36,613 nucleotides of DNA from Candidatus Bathyarchaeota archaeon (lineage in GTDB: Archaea; Thermoproteota; Bathyarchaeia; TCS64): the NCBI GenBank assembly GCA_013329615.1, contig DUKA01000095.1, positions 1 to 36,613 on the forward strand, read 5' to 3'. Positions 25,045-32,961 of the stretch are shown one piece after another; position 1 is the first letter of the stretch; every line of letters begins with the position of its first letter. Below the pieces are notes generated by a model. That model ran no database searches, was not told where the DNA came from, and saw nothing but the letters and a program-made list of their open reading frames with translations. A program made the position numbers and the translations under genes.

Positions 25045-26582
25045 TTCATCTTCCTCCTGTAAGCCCTCCAACTCATCGCCCACCTCTCCGGGTCATCGAA
25101 CGGCGCCGAGTCCAAGGCGTGTATCGACGAGTTGTGCGGCGCCTCCTTCAATATCTTGGGGTCCTCGTAAGCCTCCTCGCATACCCGCTTAAGCACGGCG
25201 ATCCAGTAGTCGATGTCCGCCTTACTGTACGTCTCGCATGGCTCGGGCGTGAACGGCTCAGGTACCACCCACGGGTGGTGGCTCGTGAAGAAGCTTTGGA
25301 CGCCGTAGTCGATGACGCGGTGGTTCACGTCGTCGATGCCGCAGCCCGTCTCCTTCTTTAGCTTCTCGAGGCTCCATCGGACCTGATCGAGGCGCTTCCC
25401 GCCGTATGGCTTCGTGACACCCGGTACCTCCTTCATCTTCTCGCTCAGGTACTGGTTGTTTATCATGCTGACCTCCGCTGCCTCGCGTAGCCCGTCTGCG
25501 CCCATCGCGGCGGCCCACGCGTAGGCGCGTACGACGACCTGCAGGTTGCCTAGGAAGTCGCGCACCCGCCCTATGCTCTTCGGGCGATCGTAGTCGAGGT
25601 GGTACTCCTCACCCTCCTTGATTATGACGGGGACTGGGAGGTACTCCTCAAGCTCCTCGGTCACCCCCACGGCGCCGGAGCCGGGCCCCGAGGAGCCGTG
25701 TGGGCTGCTGAACGTCTTGTGCAGGTTGAAGAAGCATAGGTCGAAGCCGGCGTCCGCTGCACGGGTGACGCCCATGACAGCGTTGAGGTTCGCCTGATCG
25801 TAGGCGCAGAGCCCACCCACCTCATGCACTATACTCGTCCATTCATCGATGTGCCCGTTGAATATGCCCGTGTCCTCCGGATTCGTCACGAATATCCCCG
25901 CCGTCCTCCTCGACACAGCAGCTTTCAACGCCTCCACGCTCGGGTAACCAGTCTCCTCGTCCGGGTACAGAGTCACGACTTTGAATCCCGCCGTGGCTGG
26001 GCAAGCCGCGTCACAAGGGTGGCTGAATATCGTCGTGATTATCTCGTCGCGCTGGTCGAGCTCACCGTTCAGCTCGTGGTACCTCCTCATGATGGCGGCG
26101 TTGTTGAACGCCCCCGCAGAGCCACCCGGCGGCTGGAACGTGAAGGCGTCCAGCCCGCTGACCTCCCTGAGGTAGACGTTGGCGAAGCGCCACGCGACCT
26201 CCAGCAGCCCCTGCATGGACTCCTCGGGCTGATCCGGGTGCATGTTCGCCACCATAGCGGCGAGCTCCTCGTTCACCTTTGGGCTGTACTTCATCGTGCA
26301 TGTGCCGACGCCGAGGTCTATCTCGGCCTCCATCCCCAGCGTCATCTGGCTCAGGCGCAGCCAGTGGCGCAGGACCTGAGGCTGGCTCAGCTCGGGTAGA
26401 CCCGGCTTCGCCTTCCTCCTCATGCTTTTTAGGATCAACAACTCGGGCTTCCCCACCGCCTTCCTCACATCCGCCTCGACCTCGGGAAGTATGACGCCGC
26501 GCTCACCAGACCTACCGAGCTCGTGAATCAACGGTTCGCTCCACGCCGCTGCGTGGTACGGGCGTACCTTCGGCTCGGTCAT
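25041..26582 (-). CDS. gcvPB: Glycine dehydrogenase (decarboxylating) subunit 2, P-protein C-terminal half
   Basis: 513 aa. PLP-lysine context FNLHKTFSSPHGSSGPG. ATGA overlap with gcvPA. Confidence 0.95.
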   Translation of the reverse strand: MTEPKVRPYHAAAWSEPLIHELGRSGERGVILPEVEADVRKAVGKPELLILKSMRRKAKPGLPELSQPQVLRHWLRLSQMTLGMEAEIDLGVGTCTMKYSPKVNEELAAMVANMHPDQPEESMQGLLEVAWRFANVYLREVSGLDAFTFQPPGGSAGAFNNAAIMRRYHELNGELDQRDEIITTIFSHPCDAACPATAGFKVVTLYPDEETGYPSVEALKAAVSRRTAGIFVTNPEDTGIFNGHIDEWTSIVHEVGGLCAYDQANLNAVMGVTRAADAGFDLCFFNLHKTFSSPHGSSGPGSGAVGVTEELEEYLPVPVIIKEGEEYHLDYDRPKSIGRVRDFLGNLQVVVRAYAWAAAMGADGLREAAEVSMINNQYLSEKMKEVPGVTKPYGGKRLDQVRWSLEKLKKETGCGIDDVNHRVIDYGVQSFFTSHHPWVVPEPFTPEPCETYSKADIDYWIAVLKRVCEEAYEDPKILKEAPHNSSIHALDSAPFDDPERWAMSWRAYRRKMK

Positions 26583-27979
26583 CTGAGGACCGCCTCCAGC
26601 TCGGCGGCGAACCTATCGATGCCCGCCTTGCTGTGCACCTCGGTGACGCATGTGAGCGCCGACTGCCCCAACTCGGGGAACTCGCGGGAGATGTCCTTCC
26701 CGCCGAAGATACCCCTCTTCAGCAGCGCCTTGTTGACCCTCTTCACCTTCTTACCCGTGGCGTCTATGTTGAGAAGGATCTCCTTGAAGAAGCTCGGGAA
26801 CTTCGCCTCGACCCCCTCGATCTCGGAGAGCCTCTCGGCGGCGTAGTGACTCTTCAGCAGGATAGCCTCGCCGACCTCCTTCATCCCCTCGGGTCCGAGG
26901 AGACTCATGTAGACTGCTGCTATGATGCCGTGTAGCGCCGTGGTTGTGCCGACCCAGTCCTTCGCCTTCTCACGAGCCATGTAGCTCGTGCGCTCATACT
27001 TCGCCTGCCCGAAGCCGTACTCGCCCTCGACCTTCGTGCCCGTCACGCTGATGAGGCGCAGAGGGTACTCGGAGACGTACCTCTCCTCGTCCCTGCTTGC
27101 TATGAAGCCCGCGAGGCCGCCGCCGGCGCTCATGTGGACGCCCAGAGGCTGCACCTCGCCGCAGACGATGTCGGCGCCGTAGTCGCTCGGTGGAGCGAGG
27201 ACACCGAGGCTGATGGGGTCAACCCCAACGACGACCTCCGCTCCCGCCCCATGTGTGATCTCCGCGATCTCCTCTCCCTGATCCTCGATGACGCCGAGGT
27301 AGCCGGGATTCTCGAAGTAGACACACGCCGACTTGGCGCTGATCCTCTTCTTCAAGTCGTTCAGGTCGAGTTTCCCCGTCTCCGGGTCGTAGGCTACTTT
27401 CCTGATCTTGAGTGCGTCGGGCATCTTTGTGGTATTGCAGAAGTTCGCCACGACGCCCAGCCGCGCGGGGCTCATACTCGCGGGGACGAGTATCTCCCTC
27501 CTCCCAGTGAGGCGCGAAGCCATGCGCACCGCGTTGCCAGCGGCGCTCCCCCAGTCATACGTCGGGATACCGCTCACCTCCATCCCGACCAGCTCACAGA
27601 TCAGGCTCTGGAACTCCCAATTCGCCTGAAAGCGCCCGAGGTCACTGTAGTAGCCACCCGCATAGGCGGTGAGGAACTCGCTCCGCCCCGCGATCTCGTC
27701 GCAGACCCGTGGCACGAAGTGATTCCAGCAGCCGCCGCCTAGGAAGCTTAGAGTCTCCGCGCAGGTGCTGTCACGGGAGAGAATGCCTGCCACGTGCCTC
27801 TTCAGGTCGTGCTCCGCCGGGAGAGCCTTAGGTAGCTCCATCCGCCTCTTGAACAGCAGCCTGTCGGGTATCATCTCGGCGTAGAGCTCTTCGGCACTCG
27901 ATGCCCCGACGGCTCGGAGCATCTCTGCCTTGACCTCTGGGACCGAGTTAGGTATGTAGGGATGCGGCTTCTTGGCCAT
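26579..27979 (-). CDS. gcvPA: Glycine dehydrogenase (decarboxylating) subunit 1, P-protein N-terminal half
   Basis: 466 aa. N-terminal HPYIPNS...EMLRAVG and FLGGGCW...YQPE-like blocks typical of GcvPA. Directly precedes gcvPB. Confidence 0.95.
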   Translation of the reverse strand: MAKKPHPYIPNSVPEVKAEMLRAVGASSAEELYAEMIPDRLLFKRRMELPKALPAEHDLKRHVAGILSRDSTCAETLSFLGGGCWNHFVPRVCDEIAGRSEFLTAYAGGYYSDLGRFQANWEFQSLICELVGMEVSGIPTYDWGSAAGNAVRMASRLTGRREILVPASMSPARLGVVANFCNTTKMPDALKIRKVAYDPETGKLDLNDLKKRISAKSACVYFENPGYLGVIEDQGEEIAEITHGAGAEVVVGVDPISLGVLAPPSDYGADIVCGEVQPLGVHMSAGGGLAGFIASRDEERYVSEYPLRLISVTGTKVEGEYGFGQAKYERTSYMAREKAKDWVGTTTALHGIIAAVYMSLLGPEGMKEVGEAILLKSHYAAERLSEIEGVEAKFPSFFKEILLNIDATGKKVKRVNKALLKRGIFGGKDISREFPELGQSALTCVTEVHSKAGIDRFAAELEAVLR

Positions 27980-28034
27980 TGTACATCTGGTTCAAAGGAG
28001 CGCCTAGGGGCTATATCCCTGACGCCCGATCCGC

Positions 28035-28160
28035 TCACTTACGGAGGGACTCGGCTGCCTCTTCGAGGTGTGCGATGGCGCAGATAGCCTCGACCTCGGC
28101 GTCCTCGTGGACGAGGCCACTCAGCCTCAAACGCTTCGAGGGCGCCGTCTCGGGCATCAT
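28035..28160 (-). CDS. Possible small ORF (41 aa) upstream of gcvPA; very tentative
   Basis: MMPETAPSKRLRLSGLVHEDAEVEAICAIAHLEEAAESLRK. Third-codon positions look G/C-rich like real genes here. Same strand as gcvPA, 55 nt upstream of it. No family recognised. Confidence 0.25.
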   Translation of the reverse strand: MMPETAPSKRLRLSGLVHEDAEVEAICAIAHLEEAAESLRK

Positions 28161-28307
28161 CCTAAGCCGATAAACATCGGAAGCACACATGGAGGGGTTC
28201 GATACCCGCCTCGGCGCCACGATTTAAGGAGATTAAGGAGCCGCGAACGGTATCACCAATCCACAACCGGGTTACCCCTAAATAGTGCGACGGGGCTTCA
28301 TGCCCCC

Positions 28308-29240
28308 ATGGACTTCGGACTCTACATAAGACCAGCCGGCACCTACCCGGCGATGCTCGAGGTATCACGATACGCCGAAGAGCTGGGACTCTACGGCGTC
28401 TTCATAAACGACCACTTCGAGGGGCTCAGCGGCGACCGCAAGGAGCCATACCTCGAGGCTTGGACCACCATGACGGGGATAGGGATGCAGACGAAGAAGA
28501 TCAGGGTCGGGCACATCACGCTCTTCAACAGCATGCGCAACCCCACCGTCCTCGCCAAGATGATCACGACCCTCGACGTCATGACCGGTGGAAGATACGA
28601 GACCATCTTGGGAGCCGGATGGAACGAGCCCGAGTACAAGGGATATGATCTCATGGGCGGAGGCGTCGGGATGCCCGAAGCTGGCGAGCGCGTAACCCGC
28701 CTCAAGGAAGCCGTCCAGATACTAAAGGGGATGTTCGACAACGAGGTCTTCAACTACGAGGGCAAATTCTGGACGCTCAAGGACGCCGTCAACGTCCCCG
28801 GCACCGTCCAGAAGCCCATGAGGCTCAGCGTAGGAGCACGCCAGCAGAGGATGATCAGTATCGCCGCCAAGTACGCCGACGGTATGAACGGGAGCGGAAA
28901 CATGAACGCCATAAAGGGCTACCTCAAGCTACTCGGGCCCGAGCTCGAGAAGAATGGGAGGAAGATGAGGGACTTCTACCTGCACGGCTTCACGACCATC
29001 ACCCCCACGAAGAACGACGAGGAGACGGACGCCATCGTCAAGAAGATAGCCAAGGACAAGCCCGTCAAGGAGGTAGCCGACGACGTATTCGTCGGGACCC
29101 CCGAGGTCCTCATCGAGAAGCTGCGCTCAGTCGAGGACAGGGGATACAAGATGATGATAGCCATACCGAGGAGCGGTAAGGTGCCCGATATTAAGGAGAC
29201 CTGCGCCACCCTACGTGACGAGGTCTTCCGCAGAATCTAG
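28308..29240 (+). CDS. Luciferase-like monooxygenase (LLM) class, probably F420-dependent, oxidoreductase
   Basis: MDFGLYIRPAGTYPAMLEVSRYAEELGLYGVFINDHF... is a typical LLM N-terminus. The track extension back to 28068 is non-coding-looking. TATA-like CTAAATAG at 28277-28284 lies 24-31 nt before ATG 28308, suggesting a leaderless mRNA. Confidence 0.85.
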   Translation: MDFGLYIRPAGTYPAMLEVSRYAEELGLYGVFINDHFEGLSGDRKEPYLEAWTTMTGIGMQTKKIRVGHITLFNSMRNPTVLAKMITTLDVMTGGRYETILGAGWNEPEYKGYDLMGGGVGMPEAGERVTRLKEAVQILKGMFDNEVFNYEGKFWTLKDAVNVPGTVQKPMRLSVGARQQRMISIAAKYADGMNGSGNMNAIKGYLKLLGPELEKNGRKMRDFYLHGFTTITPTKNDEETDAIVKKIAKDKPVKEVADDVFVGTPEVLIEKLRSVEDRGYKMMIAIPRSGKVPDIKETCATLRDEVFRRI

Positions 29241-29249
29241 TCGAGTAGG

Positions 29250-30212
29250 CTACTTTGCACCCGAGACCATCGGGGGTTCAACGAGCGCTGGGGGTATGTT
29301 CTCAATCGGCACGACGCAGAGGAGCCCCTCGAGCCCCTTTACCCTGTTCCTTAACGTGACCTCGGTCGTGCCCGCGGCAGCCGCCACCTCTTTCTGCGTC
29401 CTCTTCTCCCTGTTCAGGATACACGAGAGATACAGCGCGGCGGCTGCCAAGCCTCGCGGGTCCTTGCCCGAGAGCCTCTGCCGGGTCTTCCCCTCCCGGA
29501 GTATCTCGACGGCGTGCTGCTCGGTCGTCCTCGTGAGACGCAGCTTTGCGGCTATGCTTGGTATGAATTTCTCGGACTCGTTTAGCGGCATCTTGAGGCC
29601 CAGATCGGTCAACAACAGTCGGTAGGTTCTCGCCACGTCCCCTACGGGGCGGTGACTCTCCGCGGCGATCACCTTGAGCGGGCGTGGTATCCCCTGCAGG
29701 CGGCACGCCGCGTAGACGCACGCTGCTACGAACGAGTCGATGCTGCGCCCCCTAATCATATCCTTGTTCAGCGCCCTGCGGTAGATTACTGCGGCGTTGT
29801 TCCTCGCTGTCTCAGGGATATGAATCGCGGACGTTAGCCTGCTCAGCTCAGACATGGCTATGCTCAGGTTGCGTGCCTGCGTGTCGTTGATCTTCGACCT
29901 GTTGTCGTACTTCTTGAGGCGGTACATCTTGTCGATCTCGCCCAGCTTGAGGGGCTTGCCGTTGCCATCCCGGAGGCAGTTGAAGCTGGTCGACATGCCG
30001 CCGTCCCAAAGCGACGGCGTGAGCGCCTGACCCGCCCTGGACCTGCCCAACTCGCTGAATTCGAAAGCCCTCCACTCGGCCCCTGAGTCAATGAGTTCGG
30101 ATATGACGAGGCCACAGCGACCGCATACCTCCTCGCCGGCGTCGACGTCTCGTATTATGTGGGCACCACCACACTTTGGGCAGACGTGACCTGATGTCGT
30201 CTCCATTTTCAT
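29250..30212 (-). CDS. tfb: Transcription initiation factor IIB (TFB)
   Basis: N-terminal zinc ribbon CPKCGG...CGRCG, followed by two cyclin-like repeats. The track start is GTG 30227. ATG 30212 has AGGAGG 5 nt upstream and is preferred. Confidence 0.95.
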   Translation of the reverse strand: MKMETTSGHVCPKCGGAHIIRDVDAGEEVCGRCGLVISELIDSGAEWRAFEFSELGRSRAGQALTPSLWDGGMSTSFNCLRDGNGKPLKLGEIDKMYRLKKYDNRSKINDTQARNLSIAMSELSRLTSAIHIPETARNNAAVIYRRALNKDMIRGRSIDSFVAACVYAACRLQGIPRPLKVIAAESHRPVGDVARTYRLLLTDLGLKMPLNESEKFIPSIAAKLRLTRTTEQHAVEILREGKTRQRLSGKDPRGLAAAALYLSCILNREKRTQKEVAAAAGTTEVTLRNRVKGLEGLLCVVPIENIPPALVEPPMVSGAK

Positions 30213-30223
30213 CACATCCTCCT

Positions 30224-30484
30224 TCACGCGTAGTCCTTGAGAAGCTCACTCTGAACCACATCATCCGCCTCGGAGCCGTCGACTCCGCTTGATGGCTTCG
30301 ATGTGATGAACACGGAGCCCCCGCGGTCTATGTGGGCGAAGAACTCCTCGAAGTCGATCCCACGGGTCTCACGAACCTCAATGTCGTCATCGTCCTCGCC
30401 GAGGTAGTAGACGACAAGCTTCGTGCCCTGCCAGATAACGGTGGGCCACATGCGGTCATTGCTCTTTATGATGAACCTCTTCAT
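30224..30484 (-). CDS. Small acidic hypothetical protein (86 aa) coupled to tfb
   Basis: MKRFIIKSNDRMWPTVIWQGTKLVVYYLGEDDDDIEVRETRGIDFEEFFAHIDRGGSVFITSKPSS... The stop TGA 30226..30224 lies inside or adjacent to the tfb ribosome-binding region. The track's N-terminal extension to 30574 is unlikely. No family recognised. Confidence 0.55.
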   Translation of the reverse strand: MKRFIIKSNDRMWPTVIWQGTKLVVYYLGEDDDDIEVRETRGIDFEEFFAHIDRGGSVFITSKPSSGVDGSEADDVVQSELLKDYA

Positions 30485-30531
30485 GCCCTTCGCCGGTGAG
30501 AGGCTGCGCCTGTGGGCGGATAACAATAGAG

Positions 30532-30566
30532 TTGTAACAAATGCACGTGCAAATGTATTGTAACAA
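30532..30566. promoter_or_regulatory. Operator-like element in the divergent tfb-operon / trmB-like promoter region
   Basis: TTGTAACAA (30532-30540) and TTGTAACAA (30558-30566) flank the perfect palindrome TGCACGTGCA (30542-30551). TATA-like TTTAATAAA at 30580-30588 and GGAGG at 30594-30598 precede ATG 30609. Confidence 0.4.
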
Positions 30567-30608
30567 TGAAACAAACAAGTTTAATAAAGCATAGGAGGAG
30601 CACCAACC

Positions 30609-32228
30609 ATGGCCGCCGAGAGGCTGACAAAGAGTCTTAAAGACCTCGGACTCAGAGAAGAGGAGGCAGAAATGTACGTTTTCATCTCGGCAATGGGCCC
30701 AACGCCGGTCCGCGCCGTAGCGAGAAAATTCAATCTGAACAGAATGAGGATCTATAGAAGTCTGAAGGCCCTCGAGGAGAAGAAGCTCGTGCAGAGGGTC
30801 ATGGGCCGACCCGTGAAATTCGTTGCGACCCCAATGAGGAGCGTTATAGATCAGAGGATCGGGGTGCTTAGGCAGAATCTTTCGGGGCTTGAGGAGAACG
30901 CCGAGTCGATTGTGTCGGAGTGGAAACGCCTCTCGAGCGACACACTGGAGTCGTCTGAGGAGCCCCGCTTCAGGATATACCAAGGGAGACAGAACGTCTT
31001 CGACCTGCTCTTCGAGATGGTGGAGAGGAGCGGCAGGGTGATCCGCCTCGTCACAACCACAAATGATCTCTCCCGATTCGCCCTCGCCGGGCTCGACGAC
31101 AAGTTGAAGGCGATGAAACGTAGCGGCGTCGAGGTGAGGATCCTGACACAGATAGATGCCGGGAGCCTCGATGTGGTTGGTCAATACGCCAAGTCATTCG
31201 ATCTACGGCACATCAACCTCAAGACGCCGATAAGATTCGCGATCACCGACGAGAAGGAAGCGCTCAACACAATAACCATGGATGACTCCATGAACATGAC
31301 CACTCAGACAGACATGGGGCTGTGGACCGACGCCTCGAACTACGTCGCAGCTCAGAGAACCTTCTTCGACGCCCTATGGAGTCTCGCCGACGACGCCAAC
31401 TCGGTCATACGGTTCATACAAACGGGGACCCCAAAACCGGAGATGAAGACATTCACGACGCAGGAAGATTACAATTCTACCTTCCACGATATGATCGGTA
31501 GGGCGTTTGGAAGGATAGACCTTCTCGCCAAGAACATAACCACTCTCCCTACAACCTTATCCGAACTCGAAGAAAAAACGAGGAAGGGGGTAGACATTAG
31601 GCTCCTCATACACACCGAACTGGAGAACATCCACGAGATCGATAAAATCGTAAAAAAAAATATCATCAACATCTCCGAGAACGCCGTTATAACGGACCTC
31701 GTTCTCTTGATCGTCGACCAGAAAGAGGCACTCATGAATATACCACACGCCGAGACACAGAAGTGGGCCCTATGGTCGAACATCAACACCTACGTCGAAA
31801 CATCCACCATCGTCTTCAACGACTACTGGAACCTCAGCAAACCAATCAAGGAGAAGCTTGAACAGATCGACCGGCTGAAAAGGATCGATTTCGTAGCGGC
31901 TAAGATCAGGGAGAGATTCGAGGAGAAGGGATGGACCGTAGAGGTTCCCGGGACGCTGACGGGGGTGTCGTGGAAGACGTACATGTTTGACGTGTTGGCG
32001 AAGAACCCGGACAAGACGGGTGTAAATCTCTGCATCGACGTGATCACCGAGGGCCCTGTGTTTAACAAGATAATCGAGAGGAGCACACTATACTCGGATC
32101 TGGTGGGCTCAATGGTCGTCCTCGCCTCACTCGTAAAATGCAGACCCGAGGAGCTTCAGCTCGCCGAGCTATATCAGATAAAAATTGTATACGCCGAAAC
32201 GCCGGAAGAGATAGTCTCGTCTTTTTAA
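30609..32228 (+). CDS. TrmB-family transcriptional regulator, unusually long (539 aa): wHTH, two TrmB_C/PLD-like sensor-type domains, and an unassigned C-terminal domain
   Basis: The N-terminus LKDLGLREEEAEMYVFISAMGPTPVRAVARKFNLNRMRIYRSLKALEEKKLV is a textbook TrmB wHTH. Two similar ~150-aa segments follow (RFRIYQGRQNVFDLL...; STFHDMIGRAFGRIDLL...). No HxK(x)4D catalytic motif was seen. Confidence 0.85.
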   Translation: MAAERLTKSLKDLGLREEEAEMYVFISAMGPTPVRAVARKFNLNRMRIYRSLKALEEKKLVQRVMGRPVKFVATPMRSVIDQRIGVLRQNLSGLEENAESIVSEWKRLSSDTLESSEEPRFRIYQGRQNVFDLLFEMVERSGRVIRLVTTTNDLSRFALAGLDDKLKAMKRSGVEVRILTQIDAGSLDVVGQYAKSFDLRHINLKTPIRFAITDEKEALNTITMDDSMNMTTQTDMGLWTDASNYVAAQRTFFDALWSLADDANSVIRFIQTGTPKPEMKTFTTQEDYNSTFHDMIGRAFGRIDLLAKNITTLPTTLSELEEKTRKGVDIRLLIHTELENIHEIDKIVKKNIINISENAVITDLVLLIVDQKEALMNIPHAETQKWALWSNINTYVETSTIVFNDYWNLSKPIKEKLEQIDRLKRIDFVAAKIRERFEEKGWTVEVPGTLTGVSWKTYMFDVLAKNPDKTGVNLCIDVITEGPVFNKIIERSTLYSDLVGSMVVLASLVKCRPEELQLAELYQIKIVYAETPEEIVSSF

Positions 32229-32303
32229 AAAAAACGCAAAAAAAGAGAAAAAAACGGGGTAACCATTACTTAATATAGGATTTACAACATAACAAATTCC
32301 GCT

Positions 32304-32936
32304 ATGACGCCTAATGGAGACATGAGGGCTTTCATTCAGTCCGTCAAACCGAAAGATCATAGCGTACTTTTTTACGACGACGTCGAAAAAAAGAGAGAAA
32401 TCGTGTTTAACTACCTCTCTGAGGGGCTCTTCAAGAGCCGCGGCATAGTCTACGTTTGTGCGGAGGAGACGCCTGAGGGCGTCAGGAGGGGACTCGCAGC
32501 CGCAGGTGTGGATGTCGAGCCCAACGAGAGGTCGGGCAACATACTGATCAAGACATATGAAGGATGGTATCGCGAGGGCGGCATGGTCGATCCCCTCAAG
32601 ATAATAAACAGATGGAACGATGCGGCGGACAGGTTCAAAGAAAAGGGCCTGGGCACACGCGTGACTGGGGAGACCTCGAAGTTCTTCCAAGACGATAAGG
32701 TGAGGGAGCTGTTGAGGTACGAATACGCCCTGCACAAGGTGATGACCATGCCCATAGAAACCCTCTGCGTCTACAACCTGAACACTATCATCCAGACTGG
32801 TTACACGGAGATGATCATGCCCCTCGTGAGGGCACACGGCAAAGCCATATTCTCCTCGAAGAACGGCTGCGCCATAATCGAGCCCGAGGAGATCGAAGAC
32901 ACTGACGTCGAAAAGCTTCTGGAGATCAAGATTTAG
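32304..32936 (+). CDS. MEDS-domain protein (MEthanogen/methylotroph DcmR Sensory domain)
   Basis: The N-terminal KDHSVLFYDDVEKKREIVFNYLSEGLFKSRGIVYVCAEE matches the MEDS signature as I recall it (H-x-v-lfY..eeel...v.fl.eGl..ge..vyv). 210 aa, typical size. Confidence 0.7.
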   Translation: MTPNGDMRAFIQSVKPKDHSVLFYDDVEKKREIVFNYLSEGLFKSRGIVYVCAEETPEGVRRGLAAAGVDVEPNERSGNILIKTYEGWYREGGMVDPLKIINRWNDAADRFKEKGLGTRVTGETSKFFQDDKVRELLRYEYALHKVMTMPIETLCVYNLNTIIQTGYTEMIMPLVRAHGKAIFSSKNGCAIIEPEEIEDTDVEKLLEIKI

Positions 32937-32961
32937 CGGAATAATAGCCGCCGGCGACCTC

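Noticed and set aside
30456-31184. 242-aa minus-strand ORF
   Set aside because: It is antisense to the N-terminal, clearly TrmB-like, part of the 539-aa regulator. It would also overlap the small tfb-coupled gene.
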